NCBI GenBank assembly: GCA_902761535.1
Contig: CACWKS010000002.1
Coordinates: 270,611 to 334,610, forward strand
DNA length: 64,000 nucleotides
Direction of reading: 5' to 3'
Source of the DNA: an uncultured Pseudomonadota bacterium
GTDB lineage: Bacteria > Pseudomonadota > Alphaproteobacteria > RF32 > CAG-239
Positions 1-12,726 of the stretch are shown one piece after another. The position numbers and the translations under genes were made by a program. Under the pieces are notes generated by a model. It saw nothing but the letters and a program-made list of their open reading frames with translations, ran no database searches and had not been told where the DNA came from. Position 1 is the stretch's first letter, and each line of letters begins with the position of its first letter.

Positions 1-119
1 CCTATTTAGCTTATTGTTTGCTGTATTCTTTAGGTTTTGACAATGTGTTTTTATTAAATTCACCATTTGAATGGTAAAAAAAAATCCTGCCGGAAAGGAG
101 AAAAACGGCAGGACTTTCT

Positions 120-485
120 TTAAGCGTTGGCAAATACTCCGGGAGGTTGTGGAATTGCCAACTGATGATACATACCATACTTTGTCTTATATTCTTGTAA
201 ATCATCCGCAAAATTCTTCATCAAATATCCCATCCTCATATATTCTCCGAGAGCCACGTCAACGAAATGACTTTCGTTTACTATTCCGGCTCCCTGAGCA
301 ATCAATCTGCGAGCTTTTTGCGCATTAAATTTTATAATCACATCTTGAAAAAAGACATGCTTGACATTTACCGCATCACTACATCCGCATATTTCAAATA
401 AGGCCTCAAACAACTGTTCTTTAGTCAAATCGGGTCGATCCATAATCTTTAGGAAATCCAGCCCTGCTTGTTTAATATTTTTCAT
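120..485 (-). CDS. hypothetical protein (about 121 aa)
   Basis: ORF 120..527; likely true start at internal ATG (485) preceded by strong SD GAGGAGG 6 nt upstream; no family recognised. Confidence 0.45.
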   Translation of the reverse strand: MKNIKQAGLDFLKIMDRPDLTKEQLFEALFEICGCSDAVNVKHVFFQDVIIKFNAQKARRLIAQGAGIVNESHFVDVALGEYMRMGYLMKNFADDLQEYKTKYGMYHQLAIPQPPGVFANA

Positions 486-580
486 TGCAGCCTCCTCTTT
501 CCTGTCTACTCTGTTTATATTTTTCATTATAACACATTTTTAATCACAAAACAAGCTTTTTGTAATAAAATTGTAATATT

Positions 581-1924
581 TTATATTTGGTTACGTTTGG
601 CGAAAGAACGATAAATTCTTTTATAGAAAGGCAGTTTTCGCCAATTAAATCGCACATCATTGAAATAATAATTAACATGATTGCTGTCCGACAAAGCATC
701 AACCGATTTTACATCTCCGTCAATATACAAATCATTATCAACGCTGGCTTGTAATAATTTTAAATTTCGACACCCCTTTACCGTTATTTTTCCGCTTGCT
801 CCGTATTCTACAAAAATTTCATTGATTGCCGAAGCTCCCAAATCAATATTGCCGTTAAAATAACGCCCTATATCAACTCTGTTTATCGCTGTTGCATAAG
901 AAGCTATTATTTTACCGACATTTCTCACCCCGCAAACAATATGTTGCACGCTATTATCACCTGATAAATTTATATTCCCGGCAAAATCATCTCCTAAATT
1001 CAATTCTTTAATTCCGGTATTAGGACTTTGGTTGTTTAATTTCAGCCACCCTTTAAAATCAGCTCCCGTTTTCATCAGCTCACAACTCTGATTTGTGGCA
1101 TAAATTCCGCCGCGAAAAGAATCTCCGATTGCAATTTCTTTTTTTATTACATTATTTGATAACATTATATCGGCATAAGAATAATACCCTATAGATAATG
1201 CATACAAACAACTGTTTATTATATTGATGTTGCCGCTGCAAATATCGGCAATTTGTAAATTAGGACACTTTTTTGAATCGCTTAATGTTATATTACAACG
1301 ACAATTATTGCCGATAAATATACTTTCCAGTGTAGTACGCGACAAATTAAGCGTACCCGAAAATTTATCTTTAACGGTTAAACTTTCAATAAATTCATTA
1401 TCTCGCAAATCAATATTAACCGAACAATTTTCGCCCACATTTAGCTTAACAATTTCGGCTTTATTTAAATTATAACTGACATTACGCGTATATTCTTTAA
1501 TATCTAACTGATAAATCTTCAATTTTCCTACATAAACTTTAGCGAAATTTATTCCGGACGCTACTCTTTTTAATAACAACCTTTCCGAAACATATTCTTC
1601 TCGACCGTCTTCATATTGGATAATCGAAATATCTAATTTATCCGCAGCTTCCTTGGTTAAAGTATATTTTTTAGCACGAATAAATGTCAACAACAGGCCT
1701 TTCTCTTCTTCGTTTAGATCTTTTTCGGTATTAACCGATATATTACTGATAATTTTTTCACATCCGTCCAAAGTGGCTCTCAACACATTTTGCTTATTTT
1801 TAAAAAACAAAGCACATTTATTTCCACGTAAACTTACAATACGGTATTCTTTATTAAGATTATGGATTTCGGCATCAGTATCTGTATTCATATTTATCTC
1901 CGTTATATTTGACTGTCTTGCCAA
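581..1924 (-). CDS. repeat protein with degenerate G-N-I-(N/D)-L beta-helix-like repeats (polymer-forming/adhesin-like), function unknown
   Basis: 447-aa ORF; many short repeats of type GNINL / GNIDL / SVNIDL typical of right-handed beta-helix proteins; family not assignable. Confidence 0.5.
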   Translation of the reverse strand: MARQSNITEINMNTDTDAEIHNLNKEYRIVSLRGNKCALFFKNKQNVLRATLDGCEKIISNISVNTEKDLNEEEKGLLLTFIRAKKYTLTKEAADKLDISIIQYEDGREEYVSERLLLKRVASGINFAKVYVGKLKIYQLDIKEYTRNVSYNLNKAEIVKLNVGENCSVNIDLRDNEFIESLTVKDKFSGTLNLSRTTLESIFIGNNCRCNITLSDSKKCPNLQIADICSGNINIINSCLYALSIGYYSYADIMLSNNVIKKEIAIGDSFRGGIYATNQSCELMKTGADFKGWLKLNNQSPNTGIKELNLGDDFAGNINLSGDNSVQHIVCGVRNVGKIIASYATAINRVDIGRYFNGNIDLGASAINEIFVEYGASGKITVKGCRNLKLLQASVDNDLYIDGDVKSVDALSDSNHVNYYFNDVRFNWRKLPFYKRIYRSFAKRNQI

Positions 1925-2033
1925 AATGTAATATCAAATTCGATTAAAACCACCTCAAATGAAAAAAATATTAAATACCTCTTTATTTTTGTAATATTTA
2001 TGTTATCATAACCGCTATTGTTAACAATAATAG

Positions 2034-3074
2034 TTGGAGATTATGTTTTATCTGATATTTTTTGCGGCACTGGCCGTGATTATTTCTTTTATATGTTCGG
2101 TATTAGAAGCATCTCTTTTATCAATAGTTCCCAGTTATATTGCCCAATTGGAAGATAAAAAGCCTAAACTTTTTAGCAAACTTTCTGATATGAAAGAACA
2201 TATTCAAGAACCTTTAGCTGCCATTCTTTCGCTCAACACCATTGCCAACACGGTCGGTGCTACCGGAGTCGGCGCGGAAGTTTCTCGTCTTTATGGTCAA
2301 AATTATATCGGTATTGCCAGCGGTATTATGACTTTTTTAATCCTTACCCTGTCTGAAATATTACCCAAATCAATCGGTGCACGTTATTGGAAAAACATCA
2401 TCCCCGTACTGGTACCGACTTTAAGTGTTTTGATTATTATCATGCGTCCGTTTATATGGCTTTCCAACCTTATAACTCATGGCTTTACCACCCATGATGA
2501 TTGTTCAAACACCAGAGAGGAAATCAAAGCTCTCTCCCGCATGGGACAATCAGCCCATGTAATTGACGACGTCGAGTATCGTATTTTAACCAACACCATG
2601 CGACTTAAACAAATTAATATTGAAGACGTTATGACGCCGCGTACGGTTGTTCGCACGGTTAAACCGGATATGACTATCAAAGAATTTGATAATTTTTTAA
2701 AAACCGCGCCTTTTTCACGTTTTCCGATTATTGATGAAAGTAAACAAATATTCAAAGGCTATATTCACAAATCCAGTTCTTTTAAAGCCAAAGATGATGA
2801 TAAAGTCAAAAAATATTCTTGCGATATGCGTTCATTTTCACCTGAAGCCAAATTGCAAGATGTTTTATCGGCCATGTTGGAAGACCATAACCATATGTCC
2901 TTGGTTGTTGATCAATTGGGCAACTGGATAGGTATTATCACATTGGAAGACATCATTGAAACTATTATCGGAAAAGAAATTGTTGATGAAACCGACACTA
3001 TCACCGACATGCAAAAGTATGCAAAATTACAATGGCTTAATCGTTGCAAACAAAAAGGCAACAATCATGATTAA
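2034..3074 (+). CDS. DUF21 (CNNM) transmembrane + tandem CBS domain protein, HlyC/CorC family, lacking C-terminal CorC domain
   Basis: N-terminal multi-TM DUF21-like region followed by CBS-pair-like region; length 346 aa. Confidence 0.65.
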   Translation: MEIMFYLIFFAALAVIISFICSVLEASLLSIVPSYIAQLEDKKPKLFSKLSDMKEHIQEPLAAILSLNTIANTVGATGVGAEVSRLYGQNYIGIASGIMTFLILTLSEILPKSIGARYWKNIIPVLVPTLSVLIIIMRPFIWLSNLITHGFTTHDDCSNTREEIKALSRMGQSAHVIDDVEYRILTNTMRLKQINIEDVMTPRTVVRTVKPDMTIKEFDNFLKTAPFSRFPIIDESKQIFKGYIHKSSSFKAKDDDKVKKYSCDMRSFSPEAKLQDVLSAMLEDHNHMSLVVDQLGNWIGIITLEDIIETIIGKEIVDETDTITDMQKYAKLQWLNRCKQKGNNHD

Positions 3075-3150
3075 TTTTCTTTTTTAACCTTGAAAAATTT
3101 GGCCGCAAGATTATCTGAATCAGCGGTCATTTTTATAAGGAGAAAATATC

Positions 3151-3645
3151 ATGAATAATCAACCGGCAACTACCGGATCTCGCGCCGACATTACGACGCC
3201 TCGGCATAATTTTATGACTAATCTGTTTAATATTTTTGGCTTACGCCAACACAATAATTTTGCCGATTTAGATCCCAAAATTGAAGTATCTGAAAATAAA
3301 AACAATATAATGGTTACCGCCGAACTTCCCGGAATTGAACAAAACGATATTGACCTTGAAATATCGGCTAATGGTTATTTAACCATCAGTGGTGAAAAAC
3401 ATCACGAAGATGCTGCAGCCTCACCAGATGGTTATTTTTCCGAAATTGCATATGGTTCATTCAGTCGCACAATTCCTTTACCTTGGGATTTGGAATATTC
3501 TAAAGCTTCTGCCGATTATACCAATGGCGTTCTATGCGTTACAATTCCTAAGACCAAAGCCGAACAAGCCAATCGTCAAAAAATTAACGTCAGCAGCGAG
3601 AAAAAAGCTAAACGAAAAACTTCCGCCAAATCTAAAAAAGCTTAA
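3151..3645 (+). CDS. Hsp20/alpha-crystallin family small heat-shock protein
   Basis: alpha-crystallin domain signature (ELPGIEQNDIDLEISANGYLTISGEKHHE...GSFSRTIPLP); followed by hairpin terminator. Confidence 0.8.
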   Translation: MNNQPATTGSRADITTPRHNFMTNLFNIFGLRQHNNFADLDPKIEVSENKNNIMVTAELPGIEQNDIDLEISANGYLTISGEKHHEDAAASPDGYFSEIAYGSFSRTIPLPWDLEYSKASADYTNGVLCVTIPKTKAEQANRQKINVSSEKKAKRKTSAKSKKA

Positions 3646-3684
3646 AAAAAAACCGCCGATACTCAACCGGCGGTTTCTTATTTT
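3644..3684. terminator. rho-independent terminator (bidirectional: A-run, GC stem accgccg/cggcggt, T-run)
   Basis: hairpin 3652-3658/3668-3674 flanked by A9 and T-rich runs between convergent hsp20 and nitroreductase genes. Confidence 0.6.
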
Positions 3685-4198
3685 ACCAATGTTCATAATG
3701 AACTTTATTCGGATTAAACCTGTCTTGAGGCTGTGTCGGTTGTTTCAGCGGATATCCCGCCACCACCAAGGCATTAGGTTTAATATATTCCGGCAAACCC
3801 AACAAATCCTGAAAAGCTTTCATCCTGTCGGCATAAGGATAAATTGCACACCAACATCCGCCCAACCCTTTACCATGTAGCGCTAACAACAAATTTTCGA
3901 TTGCAGCCGAGGTATCAACCAACCAAAATCCGTTATCACATTGTTCTTGCTCATTACCGCAAACCACGATTGCCGCCGAAGCATCGGTTAAAAATTTGGC
4001 ATAAGGATGTAATTCGGTAATTTTAGCTTTTTTATCTTCATCTTCCACCACAATAAATTCCCATGGTTGCTTGTTGCAAGCCGATGGTGCATACATTGCT
4101 ATTTTCAATATATCATTCATATCCTCTTTGGCTATCTTGCGCCCTTTTTCAAATTGACGCACCGAGCGACGGGTTAACAGTCCGGCTTCTAAATACAT
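3683..4198 (-). CDS. nitroreductase family protein
   Basis: RRSVRQF...ILKIAMYAPSACNKQPWEFIVV motif typical of NAD(P)H nitroreductase fold. Confidence 0.75.
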   Translation of the reverse strand: MYLEAGLLTRRSVRQFEKGRKIAKEDMNDILKIAMYAPSACNKQPWEFIVVEDEDKKAKITELHPYAKFLTDASAAIVVCGNEQEQCDNGFWLVDTSAAIENLLLALHGKGLGGCWCAIYPYADRMKAFQDLLGLPEYIKPNALVVAGYPLKQPTQPQDRFNPNKVHYEHW

Positions 4199-4336
4199 CT
4201 TTATTCTCCTTCAAAACACAACACTATTATTAAAATAACCGTTTTTTTTCCGAAAACAACAAAAAACTTGTATTTTTGATAAAACGAGATTACACTCCGA
4301 ACAAATTCTATAATTATAAAATAAAAAATTATTATC

Positions 4337-4588
4337 ATGAGAGAAAAGAAAATCATTCTGTCAAAAACCAACAAAAGACTATTAAAAATAAGCTGTTTCA
4401 TCAACATGTTATCAGTTTTTTTAATTGCGATGATGTTGGTACCGTTTACCCAAAACGATGGTCAACTATGCCTACCCAATTACAAATATGCCTTGATAAT
4501 ATTACTGGTATTATCTTTCATGGCAGCATTGTTGGCAGGAATTGCCCTTGACCGCATCGACAAAGAAACGCGTAACAGCGTTTCCTAA
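4337..4588 (+). CDS. small membrane protein (83 aa), hypothetical
   Basis: two hydrophobic helices; stop followed 5 nt later by hairpin terminator; no SD (AT-rich leader). Confidence 0.3.
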   Translation: MREKKIILSKTNKRLLKISCFINMLSVFLIAMMLVPFTQNDGQLCLPNYKYALIILLVLSFMAALLAGIALDRIDKETRNSVS

Positions 4589-4592
4589 CCTC

Positions 4593-4626
4593 AAAAGCCT
4601 CTCACCAGAGAGAGGCTTTTGCTTTT
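4593..4626. terminator. rho-independent terminator, bidirectional (gcctctc...gagaggc)
   Basis: A-run, 7-bp GC stem 4597-4603/4610-4616, T-run; member of a local family of three similar hairpins. Confidence 0.6.
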
Positions 4627-4634
4627 ATCTAATT

Positions 4635-4721
4635 TTAATCTTTAGGCCAAATAATGAGCCAACAAATAACTTCTACAATAAAATCCAACCATCCCTTTTT
4701 TTCTTCTTCCCTTTTTTCCAT
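4635..4721 (-). CDS. small protein, 28 aa (MEKREEEKKGWLDFIVEVICWLIIWPKD), not in ORF track
   Basis: ATG preceded by strong SD AAAGAGGAGG (6 nt spacing); acidic N-terminus + hydrophobic C-terminal half; flanked by terminator hairpins on both sides. Confidence 0.35.
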   Translation of the reverse strand: MEKREEEKKGWLDFIVEVICWLIIWPKD

Positions 4722-4793
4722 AGTACCTCCTCTTTAGTTAAAATATAATATCTTATCTTTAACTTAACACAACTTGCTTAGAAAAGCAATATT

Positions 4794-4829
4794 AAAAAAA
4801 TCCTCTCACTTCCGAGAGGCTTTTTTTGC
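4794..4829. terminator. rho-independent terminator-like hairpin (cctctc...gagagg) with A-run and T-run
   Basis: near-copy of hairpins at 4593 and 5415. Confidence 0.5.
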
Positions 4830-4921
4830 TTTCCACAAAATAACTTGACATTAAATTAAAAATCTATTACCGGTTAGACAAACCTTATTATAAATGAATT
4901 ATTAACCTTAAAAATAATATT

Positions 4922-5386
4922 ATGAAAAATAAAAAGTATTTGAGCAAAATATTGCCCTATGGAGTTGCTGTGTTTTTTGCAGCCTTTATCTTTTGGGCAT
5001 TATTAGTAAAATTCGTCGACCTTGCTGAAGGTTATCGGTATTTTGCCCTAATTTCTGCCTTTATTACTCTGGGCGGAGATATAGCTTTACTGGTTAACTA
5101 TCTTAAAAAATCCTCCAAAGCCTGGCTAATTTTTCCAATCATAATTATCTTTATAAGTGCTATTCCCTTAGGTATATTTATTGGATATACAATTGTAACA
5201 CACACAATTACTTCAATAATTTGTATAATTGCATTGGCAATTTATATGTCATTAAACTTATTTATCTTCTTTATTGAAAGTGATAAAGAAACAGACCTAA
5301 GTTTTGCCGAAATGAATAGAAAGACTAATGAAGACATTGCCGAAATGCGTTGGAAAACAGATAAAGCCATTGCCAAAATGCGGTAA
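4922..5386 (+). CDS. hypothetical multi-pass membrane protein (154 aa) with short C-terminal AEM(N/R)xKTxxxIA repeats
   Basis: 4 hydrophobic helices; terminator hairpin 30 nt downstream. Confidence 0.45.
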   Translation: MKNKKYLSKILPYGVAVFFAAFIFWALLVKFVDLAEGYRYFALISAFITLGGDIALLVNYLKKSSKAWLIFPIIIIFISAIPLGIFIGYTIVTHTITSIICIIALAIYMSLNLFIFFIESDKETDLSFAEMNRKTNEDIAEMRWKTDKAIAKMR

Positions 5387-5414
5387 CGAACAGCAAAAAC
5401 CGACGAAAACAGCT

Positions 5415-5453
5415 AAAAAAATCCTCTCAACCAAATGAGAGGATTTTTTCTTT
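5415..5453. terminator. rho-independent terminator, bidirectional (atcctctca...tgagaggat)
   Basis: A-run, 9-bp stem, T6; convergent with atpC stop. Confidence 0.6.
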
Positions 5454-5818
5454 TAACAATATTTCTCTGTTTTGTTATTCATTCTGTCAACTATCATCTG
5501 ATAAAAGACATCATCTTGAGCTTTCGCTTCAGCTTCCGATTTTGTAATTTCATCTGCTTTCAGCACCCGTCCGGTCATCAATTTGATAACCCCTTGTGCC
5601 ACATCAGCCACTCCCGATGAAATATAATATTTGGCAGTAGGTTTCAAATTAGCATCCAATAATTGCACCAAACCATAGTTCAGTGCAAACACACTCGGTG
5701 CTCTCTCCGACAATATGGTAACATCACCGGCTACTGCGGGAATAATCACCGCATTTGCCTCCATCTCAGGCATCACCGCACTCGGCATCTCAATTATCAA
5801 TTTTACCTTATCTGCCAT
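5453..5818 (-). CDS. atpC: F0F1 ATP synthase subunit epsilon
   Basis: last gene of atpHAGDC block; N-terminal beta-sandwich-like sequence typical of epsilon. Confidence 0.85.
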   Translation of the reverse strand: MADKVKLIIEMPSAVMPEMEANAVIIPAVAGDVTILSERAPSVFALNYGLVQLLDANLKPTAKYYISSGVADVAQGVIKLMTGRVLKADEITKSEAEAKAQDDVFYQMIVDRMNNKTEKYC

Positions 5819-5836
5819 TATTATTTTCCTTTATCT

Positions 5837-8219
<2,383 letters not shown>

Positions 8220-8222
8220 ATT

Positions 8223-9776
8223 TTACGCAGCCCTTTCTAAAGTTTTCATAAAATCTTTGCTGAAGTTCTCATAGAATTTAAGCATTTTTTCTTCCAATTC
8301 CGGAGAAATCTTTTTCTCTTTAGCAATTTCTTTCAAGATATCAGAATGGCTTGCTTTCAAATTCTGCAAAGCTTTTTCCTCAAACTCATGAACTTTATTC
8401 AACGGCAATTTATCTAAGAAACCTTTAACTCCGGCAAAAATCGCCGCAACTTCATCTTCAACTGCCATCGGCTTGTATTGAGGTTGTTTCAACATCTCGG
8501 TCAAACGAGCACCGCGCTCCAGCAAGTTCTTGGTTGATTGATCCAAATCCGAAGCAAATTGAGCAAATGCCGCCATCTCACGATATTGAGCCAAATCCAA
8601 TTTCATTGAGCCGGAAACCTGCTTCATTGCTTTAATTTGTGCCGCAGAACCAACACGAGAAACCGAAATACCGACATTCACAGCCGGACGAACGCCTTGA
8701 TAGAACAACGAAGTCTCCAAGAAAATCTGCCCGTCGGTAATTGAAATAACATTAGTCGGAATATATGCCGAAACGTCACCGGCCTGAGTTTCGATAACCG
8801 GCAGAGCAGTCAACGAACCGGCTCCTTCGGCATCACTCATCTTAGCCGCACGTTCCAACAAACGTGAGTGTAGATAGAACACATCACCCGGATAAGCTTC
8901 ACGTCCTGGCGGACGACGAATCAACAAACTCATTTGACGATATGCCGTTGCCTGTTTTGATAAATCATCATAAAAGATAACCGCGTGCATACCCTTGTCA
9001 CGGAAATATTCACCCATAGTGCATCCTGAATAAGGTGCAATATATTGCATCGGGGCTGAATCCGAAGCAGTAGCAGCAACTACAATGGTATAATCCATAG
9101 CCCCGTAGTCTTTTAATGTCTTAACTACTTGAGCAACCGTCGAACGTTTTTGACCAATCGCAACATATACGCAGAACAATTTATCTTTATCCGACTTAGC
9201 CGCATCATTAATTTTCTTTTGATTGATAATGGTATCAACTATAATAGCCGTTTTACCCGTCTGGCGGTCACCGATTATCAATTCACGTTGCCCGCGTCCG
9301 ATCGGAATCAACGAATCAACAATCTTAATGCCTGTCTGTACCGGTTCATGAACAGATCTGCGTGCAATAATACCGGGAGCTTTAATATCCGAACGTCCGG
9401 TTTCTTTGGCTTTAATTTCGCCTAAACCGTCAATCGGTTGTCCCAAGGCATCAACCACACGCCCTAACAACTCTTTACCGACCGGAACACTCACGATAGA
9501 ATGAGTACGTTTAACAATGTCGCCTTCTTTAATGGCCTTATCTTCACCGAAAATAACCACGCCGACATTGTCCTCTTCCAAGTTCATTGCCATACCTTTG
9601 ACACCGCTGGAAAATTCCACCAGTTCACCGGCCTGAACCTCATCAAGTCCGTAAACGCGCGCTACACCGTCACCGACCGACAAAACTTTACCAACTTGAG
9701 CCACATCCATTTTTGACTCGAAACCGGCAATTTTGTCCTTGATAATTGAGGATATCTCAACAGCTGAAACAGACAT
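8223..9776 (-). CDS. atpA: F0F1 ATP synthase subunit alpha
   Basis: Walker A GDRQTGKT, alpha signature. Confidence 0.95.
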   Translation of the reverse strand: MSVSAVEISSIIKDKIAGFESKMDVAQVGKVLSVGDGVARVYGLDEVQAGELVEFSSGVKGMAMNLEEDNVGVVIFGEDKAIKEGDIVKRTHSIVSVPVGKELLGRVVDALGQPIDGLGEIKAKETGRSDIKAPGIIARRSVHEPVQTGIKIVDSLIPIGRGQRELIIGDRQTGKTAIIVDTIINQKKINDAAKSDKDKLFCVYVAIGQKRSTVAQVVKTLKDYGAMDYTIVVAATASDSAPMQYIAPYSGCTMGEYFRDKGMHAVIFYDDLSKQATAYRQMSLLIRRPPGREAYPGDVFYLHSRLLERAAKMSDAEGAGSLTALPVIETQAGDVSAYIPTNVISITDGQIFLETSLFYQGVRPAVNVGISVSRVGSAAQIKAMKQVSGSMKLDLAQYREMAAFAQFASDLDQSTKNLLERGARLTEMLKQPQYKPMAVEDEVAAIFAGVKGFLDKLPLNKVHEFEEKALQNLKASHSDILKEIAKEKKISPELEEKMLKFYENFSKDFMKTLERAA

Positions 9777-9777
9777 A

Positions 9778-10329
9778 TCAGTTACCTTTCATAATATTTT
9801 CTAAACAATTTAATTTATAGCTTAACGAACCGTCAAACATTTTTGATCCGCTCATAATACGCAAACCTCCCAATAAGTCGGGATTCTCTACATATTTAAT
9901 CACAACATCTTTATCAAATTTCTTGGTTAAAACCTCCCGCAATTTTTTATCCTGCGTCGTTGTCAACGGTTTAACCGTCTCAACACTGACTTCGGCAATA
10001 TTTTTACCGACATAATATAAATGGATAAAATCAGTCATAACCTCGGCCAAAACATCGATTCGATTATTATCAACCAAAATATCCAAACATTTTAATGTTT
10101 CCGCATCCAATTTGGCTTTTACCGCCACTTGTTGCCACACTTCCTTCTGTTGCTCATCGCTCAACAAAGGACTGGAAGATTTTTTAACCAAATCTTTATT
10201 TTGCTGACACAATTCACTTAAAAACTCAGCATCCTTTTTAATTGCATCCAACTTTGATGAAGCAACTGCGACATCATACAATGCCGATGAATAAATGCGA
10301 GCTGTTTTTTCTTTCGAATTTTTTTTCAA
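9778..10329 (-). CDS. atpH: F0F1 ATP synthase subunit delta (OSCP)
   Basis: 183 aa, first gene of block, probable TTG start with AAGG SD. Confidence 0.8.
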   Translation of the reverse strand: MKKNSKEKTARIYSSALYDVAVASSKLDAIKKDAEFLSELCQQNKDLVKKSSSPLLSDEQQKEVWQQVAVKAKLDAETLKCLDILVDNNRIDVLAEVMTDFIHLYYVGKNIAEVSVETVKPLTTTQDKKLREVLTKKFDKDVVIKYVENPDLLGGLRIMSGSKMFDGSLSYKLNCLENIMKGN

Positions 10330-10430
10330 CTTAGTAACCTTATTCCAAATTCAAACGATATAAACTAAATAACGCAAGATAATTTACATAACAACCAGTT
10401 TATTTTTTATTAACAACTATTTTTTTATTT

Positions 10431-12605
10431 TCAATAAAACGAATACGGATCAATATCCGTCTCAACTCTGACATTTGACGGGATTTTCACCCTTTTAAGC
10501 CATTGTTTTATCACATCTTGAATATTGATATTTTTTGCTGTTTTTATCAACAGGCGATAACGATATTTTTCTCTGAGCACAAAAATCGGAGCCGGAGCCG
10601 GACCTAAAGTAGTGATATTTTCACAATTAAAAGCCGCTTGTCCCAGAATAATTGCTGTTCTTTCGGTAATTTCTTTATTACTTCCGGAAACTATTATTGC
10701 TGCTAATTTACCGAACGGCGGCATTTTCATTATGCGTCTGGTCTGTTTTTCCAATTCAAGGAATTCATCGGAATTTCCTTTAACCAAAGCTTGTAAAACC
10801 GCATTTTCCGGATGAAGCGTTTGTAAATACACCTCTCCTTTTTTAACCCCTCTGCCGGCTCGCCCGGCCACTTGTGATAATAATTGATAAGTTCTTTCTG
10901 CTGCTCGCAAATCACTTCCCATCAATCCCAAATCGGCATCAACGATTCCCACTAATGTCAATTCCGGAAAATGATGCCCTTTTGCCAATATCTGAGTACC
11001 TACCAAAATATCAATTTTATCTTCTTCCATTTCTTTAATAACTTGCTGTACTTCTTTGAAATTAGTAACAAAATCAGATGATAAAACTTTTACTCTGGCC
11101 TCAGGTAATCGATATTTAACCTCTTCGGCAATTCTCTCTACCCCCGGACCGCAAGCACTCAAACCTTCTTCTGATTGACAATTAGGACAAACCTTCGGTA
11201 TATCTGTCATATAACCGCAATGATGACATACCAACTTGCCTATACGCAAATGTTCGGTCAACCAGGCACTGCAATGCGGACATTCTATTTTATAACCGCA
11301 ATCACGACAAATAACCAGCGGAGCATATCCTCTGCGGTTCAAAAACAATACGCTCTGCTCGCCCTTATCAAAATTTGTTTGCAACTTTTTACACAATGAC
11401 GGAGCCAACCACGATTTTCCCCAATCTCCTTTTACCGGCTTATCTTTCTTCAAATCAATAATTTTTACCTCCGGCATTTGTGCCGCTGCATAACGAGATT
11501 GCAATTTTACTTCACCATATTTACCCGATTCGACGTTGCAAATTGTTTCCAAATCCGGAGTAGCGGTCGATAATATAATATGCAGCTGCTCATATTTTGC
11601 CCTCACAATTGCCATATCTCTGCCTTGATAATTAACCATATCTTCCTGTTTAAATGAGGCATCATGGCTTTCATCAACCACAATCAAACCCAAATCGGCA
11701 AACGGCAAAAACAATGCTGAACGTGCACCGATTATAATCTTTACTTCATTATTTATAACCGCTTTCCAATTATCGATTCTTTCTTTTGGTGTCAATGCCG
11801 AATGCCACTCGCAAGGTCTCACTCCGAACCTTTTTTCAAATCTGCCCAACCATTGCGAAGTCAGCCCTATTTCCGGCACCAAAATTAACACTTGTTTTCC
11901 CGCTTGAAATGCTTTTTCTACCGCTTCAAAATAAACTTCGGTTTTTCCCGAACCGGTAACACCGTTTAACAAGGTAACTCCAAATCCTTCTCCGTTTTTT
12001 GCACACAAATAATCAGCAGCCTTTTGTTGTTCATCATTTAGCTTAACTTTTTGAAATCCGCAAATCGGTTGAGCAAATTCTTTTTTGTTTTCAATCAATA
12101 CTTCTTTTAAAATGCCGGATTCTATCATAACTTTAATGACTGAATCCGAAACCCCTGCCCCCAGAGCAATTTCACTGCGTGCAAAAACACGTCCGTCTTT
12201 TAAGAAGTCTATTACTCGCCAACGTGCATCGGAATTTTTCAACTTTGCTTCGCTTAAAGTCTTGCCGGATAGCTCATATAATTTAAGCATCTTAGCATCA
12301 CCGAATACTTGTTTTACCGATAACACCATCTTAAGCACCATCCCTAACGGTGCCATATTATATTCGGCTACAAACTGCACAAATTTGCATATTGCCTCAC
12401 TCAACGGCGGATAAGACAGCACTTTACCGATTTTTCGAATCTTTTTATCATCTAAATCGCTGGCAACATTTACCTGCCATACGACACCGACTGTTTTTTC
12501 TTTGCCGAACGGAACCTCCACCAATGATCCTTCTTTAATCTCATCATCGGTTTTATAATCAAACGGCTCATTCAAATTGAGCGGCAACAACACTTTAACA
12601 ATCAT
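10431..12605 (-). CDS. priA: primosomal protein N' (replication restart helicase)
   Basis: DExH helicase motifs (GVTGSGKTEVY, VVDESHD), two CxxC zinc-finger pairs, 724 aa. Confidence 0.9.
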   Translation of the reverse strand: MIVKVLLPLNLNEPFDYKTDDEIKEGSLVEVPFGKEKTVGVVWQVNVASDLDDKKIRKIGKVLSYPPLSEAICKFVQFVAEYNMAPLGMVLKMVLSVKQVFGDAKMLKLYELSGKTLSEAKLKNSDARWRVIDFLKDGRVFARSEIALGAGVSDSVIKVMIESGILKEVLIENKKEFAQPICGFQKVKLNDEQQKAADYLCAKNGEGFGVTLLNGVTGSGKTEVYFEAVEKAFQAGKQVLILVPEIGLTSQWLGRFEKRFGVRPCEWHSALTPKERIDNWKAVINNEVKIIIGARSALFLPFADLGLIVVDESHDASFKQEDMVNYQGRDMAIVRAKYEQLHIILSTATPDLETICNVESGKYGEVKLQSRYAAAQMPEVKIIDLKKDKPVKGDWGKSWLAPSLCKKLQTNFDKGEQSVLFLNRRGYAPLVICRDCGYKIECPHCSAWLTEHLRIGKLVCHHCGYMTDIPKVCPNCQSEEGLSACGPGVERIAEEVKYRLPEARVKVLSSDFVTNFKEVQQVIKEMEEDKIDILVGTQILAKGHHFPELTLVGIVDADLGLMGSDLRAAERTYQLLSQVAGRAGRGVKKGEVYLQTLHPENAVLQALVKGNSDEFLELEKQTRRIMKMPPFGKLAAIIVSGSNKEITERTAIILGQAAFNCENITTLGPAPAPIFVLREKYRYRLLIKTAKNINIQDVIKQWLKRVKIPSNVRVETDIDPYSFY

Positions 12606-12671
12606 TCAATCTCTCCGCTCTCCACCATAACAGCCGCTTTAATCTTTCTCAAACATCTTTACAATTTACAC

Positions 12672-12720
12672 ACAAAAAAAGCCTGTGATAAACCATTACT
12701 AATAACAGTTCATCACAAGC
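12672..12720 (-). terminator. hairpin + U-run terminator downstream of 12727..13689 gene
   Basis: 9-bp imperfect stem gcctgtgat/atcacaagc with long loop, A7 on plus strand (U7 on minus). Confidence 0.35.
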
Positions 12721-12726
12721 TTCTTT

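Noticed and set aside
4201-4407. 68-aa minus-strand ORF and overlapping plus-strand ORFs in the AT-rich spacer after the nitroreductase gene
   Set aside because: They are extremely AT-rich, with no SD and low-complexity Ile/Phe/Lys content; they are likely non-coding.
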